From: Octopus vulgaris
Taxonomy: Eukaryota
Direction of reading: 5' to 3'
Length of the DNA: 64,000 bases
Assembly (NCBI GenBank): GCA_951406725.2
Contig: OX597831.1
Span: 27,528,001-27,592,000 of the forward strand
Part shown: in pieces, positions 13,819 to 27,399 of the stretch
Layout: every line of letters starts with the position of its first letter
Numbering within the stretch: the first letter of the stretch is position 1
Position numbers and translations under genes: made by a program
The notes under the pieces: model-generated
Told to the model about the DNA's origin: nothing
The model's input: only the letters and a program-made list of their open reading frames with translations
The model's database searches: none

Positions 13819-16629
13819 CCATGTTACACAGTGTAATTGGTAGTATCATGACCTTATTAACGTCTTTGTTTCAGTATCTAAGAACATCATACTTCAAAGT
13901 CAGTATAATACTACACCACTTTCTCTTGACTCAGCTATCAGATGTCTACCAAATTAGTTACAACGCATAGTTACTTCTTGTTATCAACAACTACAATATC
14001 CAGCCTGTTGTGTGATATTCTTCTTCCGGTATGCATACAGAAGTCCCATAAATAACCTTACTTCATAGTTTTGTCCTTACAAGTATCTTCTATTATAGCC
14101 TCAGGCCAACTAAAGCCTTGAGTGGATTTGGTAGACAGAAACTCAAAAAAGCTCATCCTGTATACATATTCATCATATTGAACTGTTAATCCCTACACAT
14201 TTTTTCCCCTCTCATTCTGTTTTGTTGAAGATCACAGGCTCAAAACGTCAAAGACTTTCCCATTCTTCCCGGGCATTAAACTAATACACCTACTTCGTGT
14301 TCCTTCACCTGTCTTCATCTCTTGTTTTCTGTAAATTTGAATTGTTTGTGTCTGTCCTTGTTTGTCCCTCACCACTGCTATTTGTGTTTACATCTCTGTA
14401 ACTTAGTGGTTTGGTGAAAGAGATCAATAAAATAAGTACCAGTCCTTCCCCAAAATTTCAGATCTTACACCTACAGCACAAAAAAATTACCACTGTTATT
14501 ATTATTATTATTATTACAGAAATGAGGTTAATTTCAACAACATCTCAAAGTACCTGTCACAATTTCTGCAATTGATACAGTAACAACAAATCAAAAAGTA
14601 CCCAGGTAGATTTCATTGTGTATGGCCTGTATCTATCAAAGTGGCTAAATCTGATGTTGTATACAAATACAATTGCACAACTGCAAAAATCAGTTTTTGT
14701 TCACAACTTAGGAGCATAGGGTGTGCAGATCATGAACACAAGACATGAAGCTGAGGGAAATAGGATGTGCAACTCAGTAACCCAGGCTGTGCAGCTGGTG
14801 GAGCCAGGGTGTACAGCTCAGGAACAGAGTGTGCAATAGAAATGCAAACAAAATTATTGGAAACCTAACAATTATAGTGAAATCTGGAGGAGATCAGACA
14901 GTTTTTAATCTTTTCATTACCGTATTCTGAGATGCTTTGTGTTTCTTTCAATTATTTTAAATATAACAAAGAATTTATTAAAATAACTTAATTATCATTA
15001 AGCTAGTGTTGGGAACATAAATTGGGACTAAAGTTTGGTGGAAGATTTTAATTCAAAACTTATGAAAACAAGACATTTGTACTACAGAGCCAGAGCCAGT
15101 TTCAGCCAGGTTGGTTAATGAGGTTATGTGTATGAAATGGCAAGGCCAACCAAACATCTTATAACAGTAAGAGTATGGTTGAATGTTGGATAGGTTCTGT
15201 TGAGTTTAGGAGACAATAAAAGGATCAGTAAATCAGGCGAACAATCACTGGCTTTTGTCTACTTTCTGTACTGTCACACTGGCAAACAACTTCAGCTTTC
15301 CCTCTTCCTGGTTGAAGTATGACATCTCAAAAATCAGACTTTCAATTTAACAATCTCTCCTTGACAAAAATCAACAGAAGTTTTCTTTGACCATCACACT
15401 CTAGATTTTCTTCTAGTAGCATTTACAAGTACATTTGTCCAACACTGTGAGTTCAAACCTTGTCAATGGAAGTTAAAGATCTAACCGACATTATGGTGGG
15501 GCCTGGCTATTTAAATTAATCTTATGACCCACTTTATCCCTTTTGATGCCAACTCACCCAAGATTAACCCTGGTTTTTCTATGATATAAACTTCCTGTTT
15601 TAAAGCAATCTGAATTTTTAAAAAAAAGAAAGAAAAAAACCTTCCATCAAGCTTTCATGTTTATTTATGTTCCAAATGCCAGATTAATAACAACAAAGTT
15701 ATTTTACTAAATTCTTAATGATTTTCAAATTTAATTGACACAAAGGCAGTTTATTTCAACAGAGATATGGTAATAAATTTTTAGTCATATGCTAATGTCC
15801 TTTGATATTGCCCTCAAAGTCTTCGGCTCTTGTTGCTAATAAAGGAAATTATTCCTGGTTGTTTGATTGGAAACTGCCGCTGCTGCTGCTTATGGCTGTT
15901 TATGGGGTAAGAGAGAGAGAGTAACTACCTATAGGATGAGAGAAAGAGAGAGAGGGGGGGTGAATGTACTACTTAAGGGAAGAAAACCTCTTCTCTGCTT
16001 TTGTTTCCTTATGTTGAGATATCTTTTTCTGTTGAGTGAAGTAAGGAAGAAAGTGCATTCAATATCTCCAGATAATTCCTTCATTAGACTTTATCATCAT
16101 CATCATCATCATTATTTGGAACTTTTTTCCCAGTTCTTTATCTTCAGAGCTCAAATCTTGCTCAGGCCAACTGAGTTATTGGAGTCTATGTAATCAATTT
16201 ACTGCTAGCCTCAAATTGCTGGCCTTGTGTCAAAGTTAGAAACAATTATTATTATTATTATTATGAAGGCAGTGAATTGGCAGAATCATTAGCATGAAGA
16301 GTGAAATGCTTAACGGTATTTCGTCTGCCGCTACATTCTGAGTTCAACTTTTGCTTAGGGTAAATTTCCTTTCATCTTTTAGGGGTCGATAAATTAAGTA
16401 CCAGTGAAACACTGGGGTCAATGTTATCGACTTATCCCCTGCACACAAAAATGGCTGCCCTTGTGGTAAAATTTGAAACCATTATTATTATTATGAAGGC
16501 ACTGAGCTGGCAGAGCTATGCATGCCAGGAAAATGCTTAGCAGCATTTTGTCCATCCCTAATTTCTGGGTTCAAATCCTGCCAACCTTATATGCCTATAG
16601 TAGAAAAGGTTATTATTATTATTATTATT

Positions 16630-17145
16630 ATTGAGTGAGAGAGCAGTACATGACATCAAAGTGACACTGAGGTAAAATATATGAAGCCCAGTATACCCAT
16701 CATGACTACCTGTCTGATAAGAGTACACCAGGCACATGCATCACAACCATATGACATAGTGGTCTCATATCAAGATTAACTGCAGGTGGGGCCCAGTTAG
16801 AATTTTCTTCAGGTCGAGTAGCTCATCCCGCTCAAAAGTTCCTTGAATAAGGGTCGTTTAAGGATGCTGAACAAAATACCCATGTGTCTAGAATTCCTCT
16901 CAACACGTGTCTATGATGCTTCCCCACTACTTCTGCTCGTAATCAGAGATGTACATATCGTCAGCCACTAAGGGACATGCTCAACTGTTTAAGGTCAAGC
17001 AACTGACAAGCAAGATTGTGGTATTGAGCAGAATATTTGCTGTAGCTCATCTTTTATACCAAGACAAAATAATGTACATGATAACACTTCCAATCAGTTG
17101 AGATCAGAAGCCATGAAAGCCACTGCCTGGTACTGCATCAGGGCT
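16630..17145. repeat. Interspersed repeat between (ATT)n tracts, class unassigned
   Basis: Flanked by (ATT)n; partial reverse copy at 13570-13700. Confidence 0.55.
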
Positions 17146-17173
17146 ATTATTATTATCATTATTATTATTATTA

Positions 17174-17538
17174 TTACCTCTGCCTTAGCAAAGGTGGAGG
17201 TATTGTTTTCAGTTGTGCTTGTTTGTTTGGCCGTGGACAAGATATCTCAAGAACTGCTGGATGGATTTGGATGAAACTTTTAGGGATGTTTGGCTTTGTA
17301 ACTGGCATGAACTGATTAGATTTTGGGATTGGCCTGGTACTGGACAAGGATTCTGGATTATTTTTATTTTTTTTTTTTTTTTACTTAATTTTTGATAGCA
17401 GTCAGGTTCATTTTTGGTATTCTCATTTGCGAAAGCAGTCAAGTTTATTTCAGATATTCTCATTTTAAAAATCATCTTCGGCTAATCGTAGAGAGGATGG
17501 TGTTGCCTTGACGGAGGTTTGCACTATCTGAGTGCTTT
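17174..17538 (+). mobile_element. Helentron-associated (HINE/DINE-1-like) element
   Basis: 5' subTIR ACCTCTGCC with nearby partner GGTGGAGGT, (GTTT)n, 3' subTIR GACGGAGGT followed by hairpin GCACT-ATCTG-AGTGC, T-rich ends. Confidence 0.75.
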
Positions 17539-18039
17539 TATTATTATCAGGAAGCAAGCCTGACAAAATGGTTAGTGACATCCTTCTATCACCAGTTTCT
17601 GAGTTCAAATTCCAGTGAGGTTAACTATGCCCTTTCTCCTTTTGCAAGCACTGGAGTTGAGGTAATCAACGTATCACCTCCCCACCACTAAAATTGCTGG
17701 CCTTGTGACAAAATTAGAAACTATCATTACTGGGCAAGAACAAATCAGAAACAGTAATAAAACTGAAGCAGTTTCACTTCACTGCTGCTGCTGCTTATTT
17801 CTGTGAGAAAAGAATGAATGTCACAACGCTAGCCACCCACAAACCCACATGCAACTTGAAATTTAATTACTTCAGATATTGATTGTATAAATATGAAACA
17901 GGCAGCGAAGTCAATATTCAATCAATTACAGATCACTCTCATAACAATTTGTGGCCTCTTGCCATATTGACATACCACCACCATTACTACCACCACCACC
18001 ACCACCACAACCATTGCTGTTTTTATTTTTGATATTAAT

Positions 18040-18700
18040 TTTGGTGGTAATGGTGGTTGGTGACACAGGCAACGGTATTAGTGGTGGTGGTGAAGATAGA
18101 TTGTTCTTGGTGGTAATGATGGTATGTTGGCAGAGGTGATGGTATAGTGGTGATATGTTGGTGATGGGGTGGTGGGCGATGGTATGGTGATGGTGGCTGC
18201 AGAGGTGGAGGTGCAGGTATGGTGGCATTGGAGGTGATGATATGGCAGTGCTGGGAGCGATGACATGATGGTGTTGTAGGTGATGGTATGGTGGTGCTGG
18301 GGGCGATGGCATGGTGGTGTTAGAGGCAACAGCATGGTGGCTATGGAGGTGATGGCATGGTGGCATTGGAGGTGATGGTATGGTAGTGTTGGGAGCGATG
18401 ACATGGTGGCACTGTAGGTGATGAGTATGGTGGTGGTGGTGCTGGGAGCGATGGCATGGTGGTGTTAGAGGCAACAGCATGGTGGCTATGGAGGTGATGG
18501 CACGGTGGCGTTGGAGGTGCCAGTATGATGGTGCTGGAGGTAATGCTGATGGTGGGTGTAATTCCATGGAGGCAGAGGTGGAGGCTGTGATGGCGGTAGG
18601 AGGCAGGGAAGGGAGACTGTGGTAACAGAGACTGGTGTGGTAGTAACAGTGGTAGTGATTGTAGTTGGAAGGTGATAGTTTTGAAGTGGTGTTGGTGGCG
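18040..18700. repeat. GGT/GAT-rich degenerate minisatellite with internal duplication
   Basis: GAGGTGATGGCATGGTGG units; ~18290-18365 repeated at ~18435-18510. Confidence 0.85.
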
Positions 18701-20350
18701 GGAGGGGGGAGATTAAGGGCAACTGGTGACTGTTGTTCTCTCTGAGTGTCTATTGTGTTGCGTCATTGTCTCCAGGGAAGAGAGAGAGAATCTAGATTTC
18801 AACAACAATAACGGGAACAACAGGAAGAACAATATAAGTCTCTACCATACACACACACACACCAACCCAATTGGAGGAGGTGGTGGTGGTGGTAGGGGGG
18901 AAATCAAAACCAGGAAACAAGACAAAGACAATGGGAAAAACAAGCCAAAGTCTGTGCATGTGTGGGTGGGTGGTGGGGAAGGACAGAGAGAGAGAGAGAG
19001 CGCGGGGGGGGGGGAGAAAGAGAAAATAAAGAAAAAAGACAAAATATAATTAAAATAAATGATTGAAAGGGAGACAGGGTGGGGGCAGAGGGGAAATAGT
19101 AAAGGTTCCCAGAGGAACCAAAAATATAAATCAGGTGGATACAACAACCACTAGGCATGCAGATTTATAATGATCATATATATATATATATGTACACACA
19201 CATATGGACAGATAGAGAGACACACAGACAATATAAAATATATCCCTCCCACCTCCCCATGATTGGTAATTAAGACATACATACCGCCCCCCCCCCCCAA
19301 TCCCACCTTCCTGCACTTCCAATTATGTTCATTTATAAATATAGAATATTTGGGGAAAGAAACTGAGGTTGGTTTTGGTGTACAAGCTATGAAGGCAGCG
19401 GTGGTGACACAGCAATAGTATTGCTGGTGTGCGACCATTCGCCCCCCCCCCCCGCCAATAGTGGTGGCAGTGTTTTATTGTTGTGGTTGTTGTTGTGGTG
19501 GTGGTAGGTGGAGTGGCTGGCAGAGATGACAGCTGTAGAAACTTGTGTTTATGTGGACAATAAAGACATTCAGATGAGAGGGACACACAGACAAACACAG
19601 CAGAGCTGAAGAGGAGGGAGGGGAGATATTCAAGGTATGTAAAATAAAAAAAGCCTCAGGAGACCAATAATAAATGACTAGTTTGTATGTGTGTGTTTAT
19701 ATAAGTAGAGAGCAGATGTGTGTGTGTGTGTGTGTGTATACATGCACACACATATATATACAGGCAAGTACTAGAAAGGCAAACACAAGGCATATATTTA
19801 TATGGAATACAAAATATAGACTAGAGAAGAAAAAATAAACAAAAGGAGTTACATAAAAGTCATCTTGACAGCTGTTTCAAACAAACCATTGCCATTGCTT
19901 ATGTTGTAACTGCATTCAAAATAAAGAGTTATATTTGTATATAGTCCAACCCATGCCAGCATGGAAGACACATATTAAAGGATGATATTAGTGGTTAAAG
20001 TGTTGTGCTCCCGATTGCGAGATCATGGGTTCAATTCCCAGACCAGGTGTTGCGTTCTAGAGCAAAGCACTTCATTTCACGTTGCTCTGCAATCATTTCA
20101 ACATCTGACACGTGGCACCCATTGCACCTGTACAGGTAATGTCAATCTGATGGAAGGATGTCTACACAAATATTTGATCATTATAAGCAAATCATCTGTG
20201 TGGTTGTTCAGTAAGAAATTATCAAACCCTCGTATGTCGTCTAACGACGGGAGAGTCCATGATATACACGTACACGCAAACACACACTCTTCCTTGGACA
20301 CTGGAACTGGTAACTACAAATATCCTTTATAGAGGGTATTCTTAATTCTT

Positions 20351-20446
20351 TCTCTCTGAAGAAGGAATAGTTGGGTTTTATATGGAAATCTTTGCTCAAT
20401 GAGATATGTACCACATGGCCAGCTACTCTAGAAACAGCTGTAGAGA
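20351..20446 (+). ncRNA. Hammerhead-like motif with long stem/loop II
   Basis: TCTCT-CTGAAGA-A-GGAATAGTTGG...CCAGCTACTCT-A-GAAAC-AGCT-GT-AGAGA. Palindromic ACAGCTGT stem III. Stem I pairs fully only if one base of the cleavage triplet is missing. Confidence 0.55.
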
Positions 20447-20559
20447 CTTTATGCATAACTACTTAATCCCTTATTTATTCTAACAATGCAATTATGTTTG
20501 AATTATAAATTACATGCTTCAAAGTGATACATGCTTTGCTTGTTCATTCTTCCTTTCTA

Positions 20560-20602
<43 letters not shown>

Positions 20603-21680
20603 CTGGGCAGTAGGGAAAGGCCACGAAAATAGAGGTTGATTGCTGTTGGTACAGGATAATAAAATACTTCAAAATTAGCTTCTGGTTCTTTGAGCTAGTC
20701 CTGTCTATCTAGTCATTAAATTCCATGCCTCAGCTACAGAACAATGATGGAGCGAGTTGGAACACTAGCTCCATCATTAGTTTGTAATATTGGAATATTT
20801 CTCCTCCAAATGAAAGTGAACAGTTTCTACAACAGTGATCAAAACTAGAGAAATACTTGAGGACAAGACAACAAACAAACACCTATATAGTTGACCAATA
20901 TACCAGAAATAACAACCAAATATCCCTTGAATCACACACTGGAGAAAATTAATCCAAAAAACATAATCCATTTAAACTTGCTGGACAGTTTCCAGTTGGT
21001 CAACACATATTAAGAGATGTCATGTTTTCTTCAGAGTCCTCACAATGTTATATGTTGCAGAGTGTAGTGGTTGAATTTTTTCATGACACCACTGTTAGTG
21101 AGGTAGTGATGGCCTTGGCATAAACTAAAGGTGTTTCACAACTCCATGTGTCTATTGTTTGTGTACCTGCTACTTTACAGCAGGAGTGATAGCTGTCTGA
21201 AGGATAGTGATGTGTTAAGGGAGATGTGTAATAAGGGGAACTTGTAGAAATATACACATAGGCACAGGTGTGGCTGTGTGCTAAGAAGTTTGCTTCCAAC
21301 AACATGGTTCTGGGTTCAGTCCCACTGTGTGACATCTTGGGCAATTGTTTTCTATTAAAGCCTCAGGCCAGCCAAGACCTTGTGAGTGGATTTTATGGAT
21401 GAAAGAAGCCCACCATATGTGTATATGTGTGTGCATGTAACTATTTGAATATGTCTATGTCAATACCCATTGACAACCAGCATTGGTGGCATGTTTACGT
21501 CCCTGTAACTTAATGGGCCGGTAAAAGAAATCAATAAGTACTAGGCTTAAAAAATAAGTCCTGGGGGTCAATCTGTTTGACTAAAACCCTTCAAGGTGGC
21601 GTTCTAGTATGGTTGCAATAAAATAACTGAAACAAGTAAAAAAAAATATAAGAATCTACTCGCAGTTGATTGAACAAAAA

Positions 21681-22778
21681 GTATGCCTACACAAATGTGT
21701 CCTGTGTCCTCATCCTCATACTGTTCCCTCATAACTTTTTAAGAAAAGTGCATAATTTTTTATGAAATTTTCTACGAATAGCTTTCAGGTGGTGTAGATT
21801 CTGATTATATTGGAATACGAGCAAAATGCACCCCTGTCCAATGGACAGTGCTGAATCATACATATGTGCTGAATAAAAAGCAATCAGTGTTTCTTACATG
21901 AAAAAATAATTAAGCATGCCTTTATTTCAATAAAATTTTTGGTTTTGTTAAACGAAGTTAAGGCAAAAAAAAACTTCTTGAGAAACCAAATAGTCTTTCC
22001 TTCCTTCATGCCAAGTTTGAAGAAAATATGTGTTTCGCATCTTAGTTTTTTGGTCACTTAAATATACTGCATTTTGTGGCATTATTTCAAGCCAGCCGGC
22101 TTTTTTGGCGCAAACTGCACATGCATTTTTCTTGCATACACGTAGTATCGATCACAACAGCTGATATACTTGCACATACAAATGCATGTTCCCATGGCTT
22201 TATCGATTGCATTCTAACCTGGAATCGATTTTTGTAATTTTTTCAAGACTTATACATGCCCTGATACTGTCGGTATCTATATATCAAATTTGAGCACATT
22301 CGGATGGAGGGTGCCCGAGATCGTAGAAGACACACACACACACACAGACAGACAGAACGGATTTTATATAATAGATATTGCGAAAAATTTTTCAAGAGTA
22401 GGAGCAAAAGTTTTACATAATTCACATGCCTTGACTGTTTCCGCATAACTTGAATGAAAAAGAGGTATTTCTAAATATACTTTTTAGATGGTATAGATTA
22501 TGATATTGGAATTTAATGTAGAGAGAGAGAGGAAAATAAATAAAAAACAGCGGGTGCACACGCGTAACATAATGAGATACATCACATATATATATCATCT
22601 AAAAGAAACTTGAAATTTTGAAATAACGTGCATGCTAACTAATCTTTTTTATTTGACATTGAATTCTGATAAAACTGTAACTGACACCAACTGAAAGGTA
22701 TTTATATAAAATTTCTATTTTTCTGAAAGATATGAAGAAATAAAGCTGTAGGAGGAGGGCACACTTGTGTAGGTATGC
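21681..22778. mobile_element. TIR DNA element hosting Helitron copy 2
   Basis: Imperfect TIRs GTATGCCTACACAAATGTGTCCT and AGGGCACACTTGTGTAGGTATGC; internal repeat at ~21770-21817 and ~22465-22512. Confidence 0.55.
21818..22375 (-). mobile_element. Non-autonomous Helitron-like element, copy 2
   Basis: Colinear with 11889-12448, same termini. Confidence 0.75.
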
Positions 22779-22867
22779 CCAATAAATTACCTTTACATCT
22801 AAGGAAGAAACCATATCAAAAGGTTGAACAAGCTAGAGGATTGATAGAATAACTACTAGTCATACAT

Positions 22868-23443
22868 TTAACCCTTAAATGGTGGATATCATCAATTGAT
22901 CTTTCATTAGCGAACAGCGGACATCATCAATTGATGTTTTGAAAATTTTAGGTGGATACGATCATCATCAAATTGACATCCAAACGGCTACTTGGTCGAA
23001 TGCACCTAAGCGTAAGTGAACCTTATCATTGGGAGAAATCAGGTCACAGATGGAAGATTTTATGCAGCAATGAAATTTTTTCTGACTTTCCTTTATCAGA
23101 TGATGATGATGATGATGCCGTTCAAGATAGAGAAAGAAAAAAAATTATGTTTCAACTAGTTGTGGATGGAAAATGTGCACTGATTTTTTTTTCTTCTCTA
23201 TTTGTACATTCATTGAACAATAACAATCTGGGAAGCTCAAATGAATTTATGCTCACACCGGATGCAAAGGAAAGTAAATATTTTACAACACTTTATGATA
23301 ATGAGATTGTAAATATTCATAGTTTCATGCTTATTTAAAGTGAAAAAAAAAAGAAAAAAATACTTATAATAAATAAATAAGAGATTTATTTTTCTTCCTT
23401 GTATTCACATTCATACAACCCATTCCTGCTATTTCAGGGTTAA
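22868..23443 (+). mobile_element. Internally deleted piggyBac-like element
   Basis: TTAA-CCCTTAAATGG ... CTATTTCAGGG-TTAA; internal repeat ATCATCAATTGAT; acidic remnant EIFSDFPLSDDDDDDAVQD resembling a transposase N-terminus. Confidence 0.6.
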
Positions 23444-23770
23444 ATCACACTACAACCACAACCTACCACAGTGTGACCATTAGAGACATTAGGGGAGTTT
23501 AACCAGGGTTTTAAAACTGATAAAAAATATGTAAGAAATGGTAATGGTAAAGGGTAGACATTTAGGCAGTCTGAGATCCCTCGCGCACTTCTCACATAGC
23601 CCACAAAAACACATGAGTGAAAATGTATGTTGTTGTGTGCATGTAGTATGCAATAATTTGCATATTACACACATGCAGTAATTTAAAATTTCTGACAGCA
23701 ACTCAAGCTACATGTTCAAGTGAAGATCTGGCTTGGAGCAAAGCTGAGGTATCTTCATCTTTTTCAGTCA

Positions 23771-24220
23771 TAACCCTTTCGTTACCAACCCGGCTGAAAC
23801 CGGCTCTGGCTCTGAGTACAAATGTCTTGTTTTCATAAGTTTTGAATTAAAATCTTCCATCAAACCTTAGTCACAATTTATGTTCCTAACACCAGCTGAA
23901 TGATAACTAAGTTATTTTACTAAATTCTTTGTTATATTTAACCCTTTAGTGTTCAGATTATTCTATCAAACATAATGCTTATTGATTCACATTGATTTGA
24001 ATTAATCATGCATTATCTCATATCTTCAAGATCTTGATGGTGTAATTACTTAACGTAGAATAACATTGTAGGGTAGATGTGAGGGCCTGGATCTGGTCAG
24101 TTTGAACATAAAACAGATTAAATATTTTGGCTGGATATGGCCGGTTTAAATACTAAAGGGTTAAAGTAACTGAAAGAAACACAGAGCATCCCAAAATAAA
24201 TACAGTAACGAAAGGGTTAA
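23771..24220. mobile_element. piggyBac-type MITE (TTAA target), family A
   Basis: TIRs TAACCCTTTCGTTAC / GTAACGAAAGGGTTAA. Uninterrupted reverse copy ~14905-15126; relatives ~15534-15780, 31657-31810. Confidence 0.8.
23938..24164. mobile_element. piggyBac-type MITE family B, nested at a TTAA of family A
   Basis: TTAACCCTTTAG ... CTAAAGGGTTAA. 8 differences counted by eye against 60084-60310. Older copies ~2100-2293, 31806-31990, 35030-35190, 57079-57305. Confidence 0.85.
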
Positions 24221-24801
24221 ACTGTTTCAGTGCATTTTGTGGTAGGCAGCAAGGGAGCCTGATAATTGAAGTAGGCAAGGAGACTGAAGGTTTGCCTCAA
24301 ACTAATTCAATTATCATCCCTTCAACATGAAACTGGAGTTGTGATCAGAAATCTTTCACTTAACTCTTTTACTTGTTTCAGTCATTTGACTGTGGTCATG
24401 CTGGAGCACCGCCTTTAGTCGAGCAAATCGACCACCAGGACTTATTCTTTGTAAGCCTAGTACTTATTCTATCAGTCTCTTTTGCTGAACTGCTAGGTTA
24501 TGGGGGACGTAAACACACCAGCATCAGTTGCCAAGCAATGTTGGGAGGACAAACACACACACATATATATGACAGGCTTCTTTCAGTTTCTGTCTATCAA
24601 ATCCACTCACAAGGCTTTGGTTGGCCCGAGGCTATAGTAGAAGACATTTGCCCAAGGTGCCATGCAGTGGGACTGAACACGGAACCATGTGGTTCGTAAG
24701 CAAGCTACTTACCACACAGCCACTCCTGCGCCTATGTATATAAAAAAAACAATCATACCTTTCAAATGTATTGAGTGTTTTCAATTCTTGAACCTAACAA
24801 C

Positions 24802-24835
<34 letters not shown>

Positions 24836-26129
24836 CAGTAGTACAAATATGGATTCAGAGAATCATGCAGTAAGCATCTCATTCAGAACTGGTTATTTAG
24901 AGTTGAACTGTAGATGTAACCGTGATGTTCTGGTGATCTGATGAGCTAGCTTTCTTTATTTGCATTGATTAGTAGATATACAACTGTATAATGTTGAGCA
25001 TACATATTGATACAAACACGTATGTATAATTTTACGCTTACTGAAACTAATACTACACGAAGAAGGTTACGAAATTGCTATAACCATACAGAAATCATAT
25101 AAGATAAATGAAGCTATCTTCACCTCACAAACACCTCCTGACTTTATGTTTTATATATGTATTCTTTCGCCACAACTTTCTCTCACTCTTTCATCTGTTG
25201 GCCTGCTCGTTTAGCCAGCGGGGTGGCGTCATTTGAAGGTTAAAACAATGCGAGGTGCATTGTGACCAGCGATGTGTAACAACATCTGATGGCCTGGTCG
25301 GTCACGGTGATCGGTGATATATATATATATATACATGGATATTTAAGTCATGGCAACATCAAGTGCAAGTGCATGTGTGTATTGACAAAATGCAGAAAAT
25401 GTATAAAGCACCAAGTGTTCCCACACTGCTTTCAATGAAGTGTGATCAATACACCGTTTACCATTGAGTGGTTTATAATGTTGTGGTTCATACACACACA
25501 CATAATGCGGGGAGGTTAGAGATCAGGCCTTCTGCCAACACCACCACCATCATCATCATTCAGGCATCAGACCCATCACCACCACCGCCGCCGCCACCTT
25601 CTGCAATGACTTTCCACTTCCGCGTCTACTCTTCACTGACATCACATCCAGTTTATCTATCATGCACACAATATTTCCATATCAGGTGATACATATATAT
25701 GTACACACACACACACACACACATGCACAGAGTTTTTAAATACCCAGTCACTTTCAGCTCACCTGTGATCTGTCTAAATGTCAGTTAAACACACTGTACA
25801 CATCAAACAGATCCATCTCTCTACATTCCATGCAAACGGTGCACACTCCACCCCACCCCTACAACCTGCTCCCCTACCCCACCCTCAACAGATTGATAGC
25901 TGTTGTAGACATGCAGCTAGACAAACTACACCCACTCCTGCCCCGTGACAAGGTCACACAAAACGCACCCACTCCGACAGACCACACAGAGTCCCACGAG
26001 CCTCCTCCTCTCATCTTAATAGGCCACCTACACTAATAAGCTAGGTACATCTGACAACATACTCACCCCGTTCACTCACTTTCATGGGTCGCAGATATAT
26101 ATTGCCAGCTCCACCCTCTGACAGACCAT

Positions 26130-26193
26130 GAACACACAACCATCAGGCCCCCCCCACACACACACACATCAAGGCCACACAAGCATACATATG

Positions 26194-26225
<32 letters not shown>

Positions 26226-26505
26226 TACACACCAAGGCCATACAGACACACCTCATACTAACAAGGCCATTCATACATATGCACATACACACATCAACAA
26301 GGCCATACACACACACACATCAAAAGGCCATACACACACACATCAAAAGGCCATACACACACACATCAAAAGGCCATACACACACACATCAACAAGGCCA
26401 CACACACACACACACACACATACACACACACACACATCAACAAAGCCATACACACACACACTCACACATCAACATGTCCACACACACACACCAACACTTA
26501 CACAT
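26130..26505. repeat. CATCAACAAGGCCATA(CA)n minisatellite
   Basis: Tandem units of ~22-26 bp. Confidence 0.9.
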
Positions 26506-27360
26506 TCAAGTTAAGTCGGTTCTCTGTGTCTCATCTCCCCCTCCCCTCCACCCCACCTCACCCCCTAGCTCTATCAATTTTCCATGTTCCATAATACTGC
26601 ATGTCTCACAACATGATGCTTCTGGCGGCGGAGGCGGCGATGGTAGCAGTAGTGGTGGCTGCAGTGGAAGCGAGTTAAGGAAGGAGGAAGAGGAGGAGGA
26701 GGAGGTATTGCTTATGTTGGCAATAAAACCTCTGCCCACGTCACCACCACCCCATTCCCCTTTCCCCTCCTCCCCAGCGGCTACAGTGAGACGCACAGAC
26801 AGACAACTAATAATCCATAACTATTAGCAGTTATTGTCCAATGTTGTACAGTTACAGTGGTTTGGCTGGTTGTTATGCGTGAGGTGGTGGTGGTCGTGGT
26901 GGGATTGAGTGCGTGTGTGTGTGGGGGGGGAACTGGTGTTGGGGTTGGGGAGAGGGCATGGGTGATATTTGTGGCATTGCGCGTGGCAGAGGTGGGAGAA
27001 GGGGTGTGAGTGTTAACTACAGCGATGGTGATGGTCTAGTGGTGTGTGGGTGGTAGTGGTGAGGGTGTTTTGAGTGTGGGGAGGGGTTGCTAGTGCTGGG
27101 GGACAGGGAATAGGTGATACCAGTGGCATTGCATGGTTGAGGGGGGAAGTGGTTGAGTGGTGGTGGTAATGTTGGTGATGGGAGGGGCAGGGAGAGGTGG
27201 GTTGAGGTCAGATGTAGCAGGGGAGTATATGGTCTTGGTAGGGGTGGCTGGACGTGGGTGGAAGAGGTGATGCCTTGTAAAGACAAGGAAAAAAAAAACA
27301 GGACACCACACACACACACACACAGAACTGCTGTCAGTCACTAATCCATTGTCTGTGAGT

Positions 27361-27399
<39 letters not shown>

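Noticed and set aside
17926-18722. His/Pro-rich ORFs resembling cephalopod His-rich structural proteins
   Set aside because: Low-complexity GGT/GAT repeat open in several frames; no signal peptide or splice support seen.
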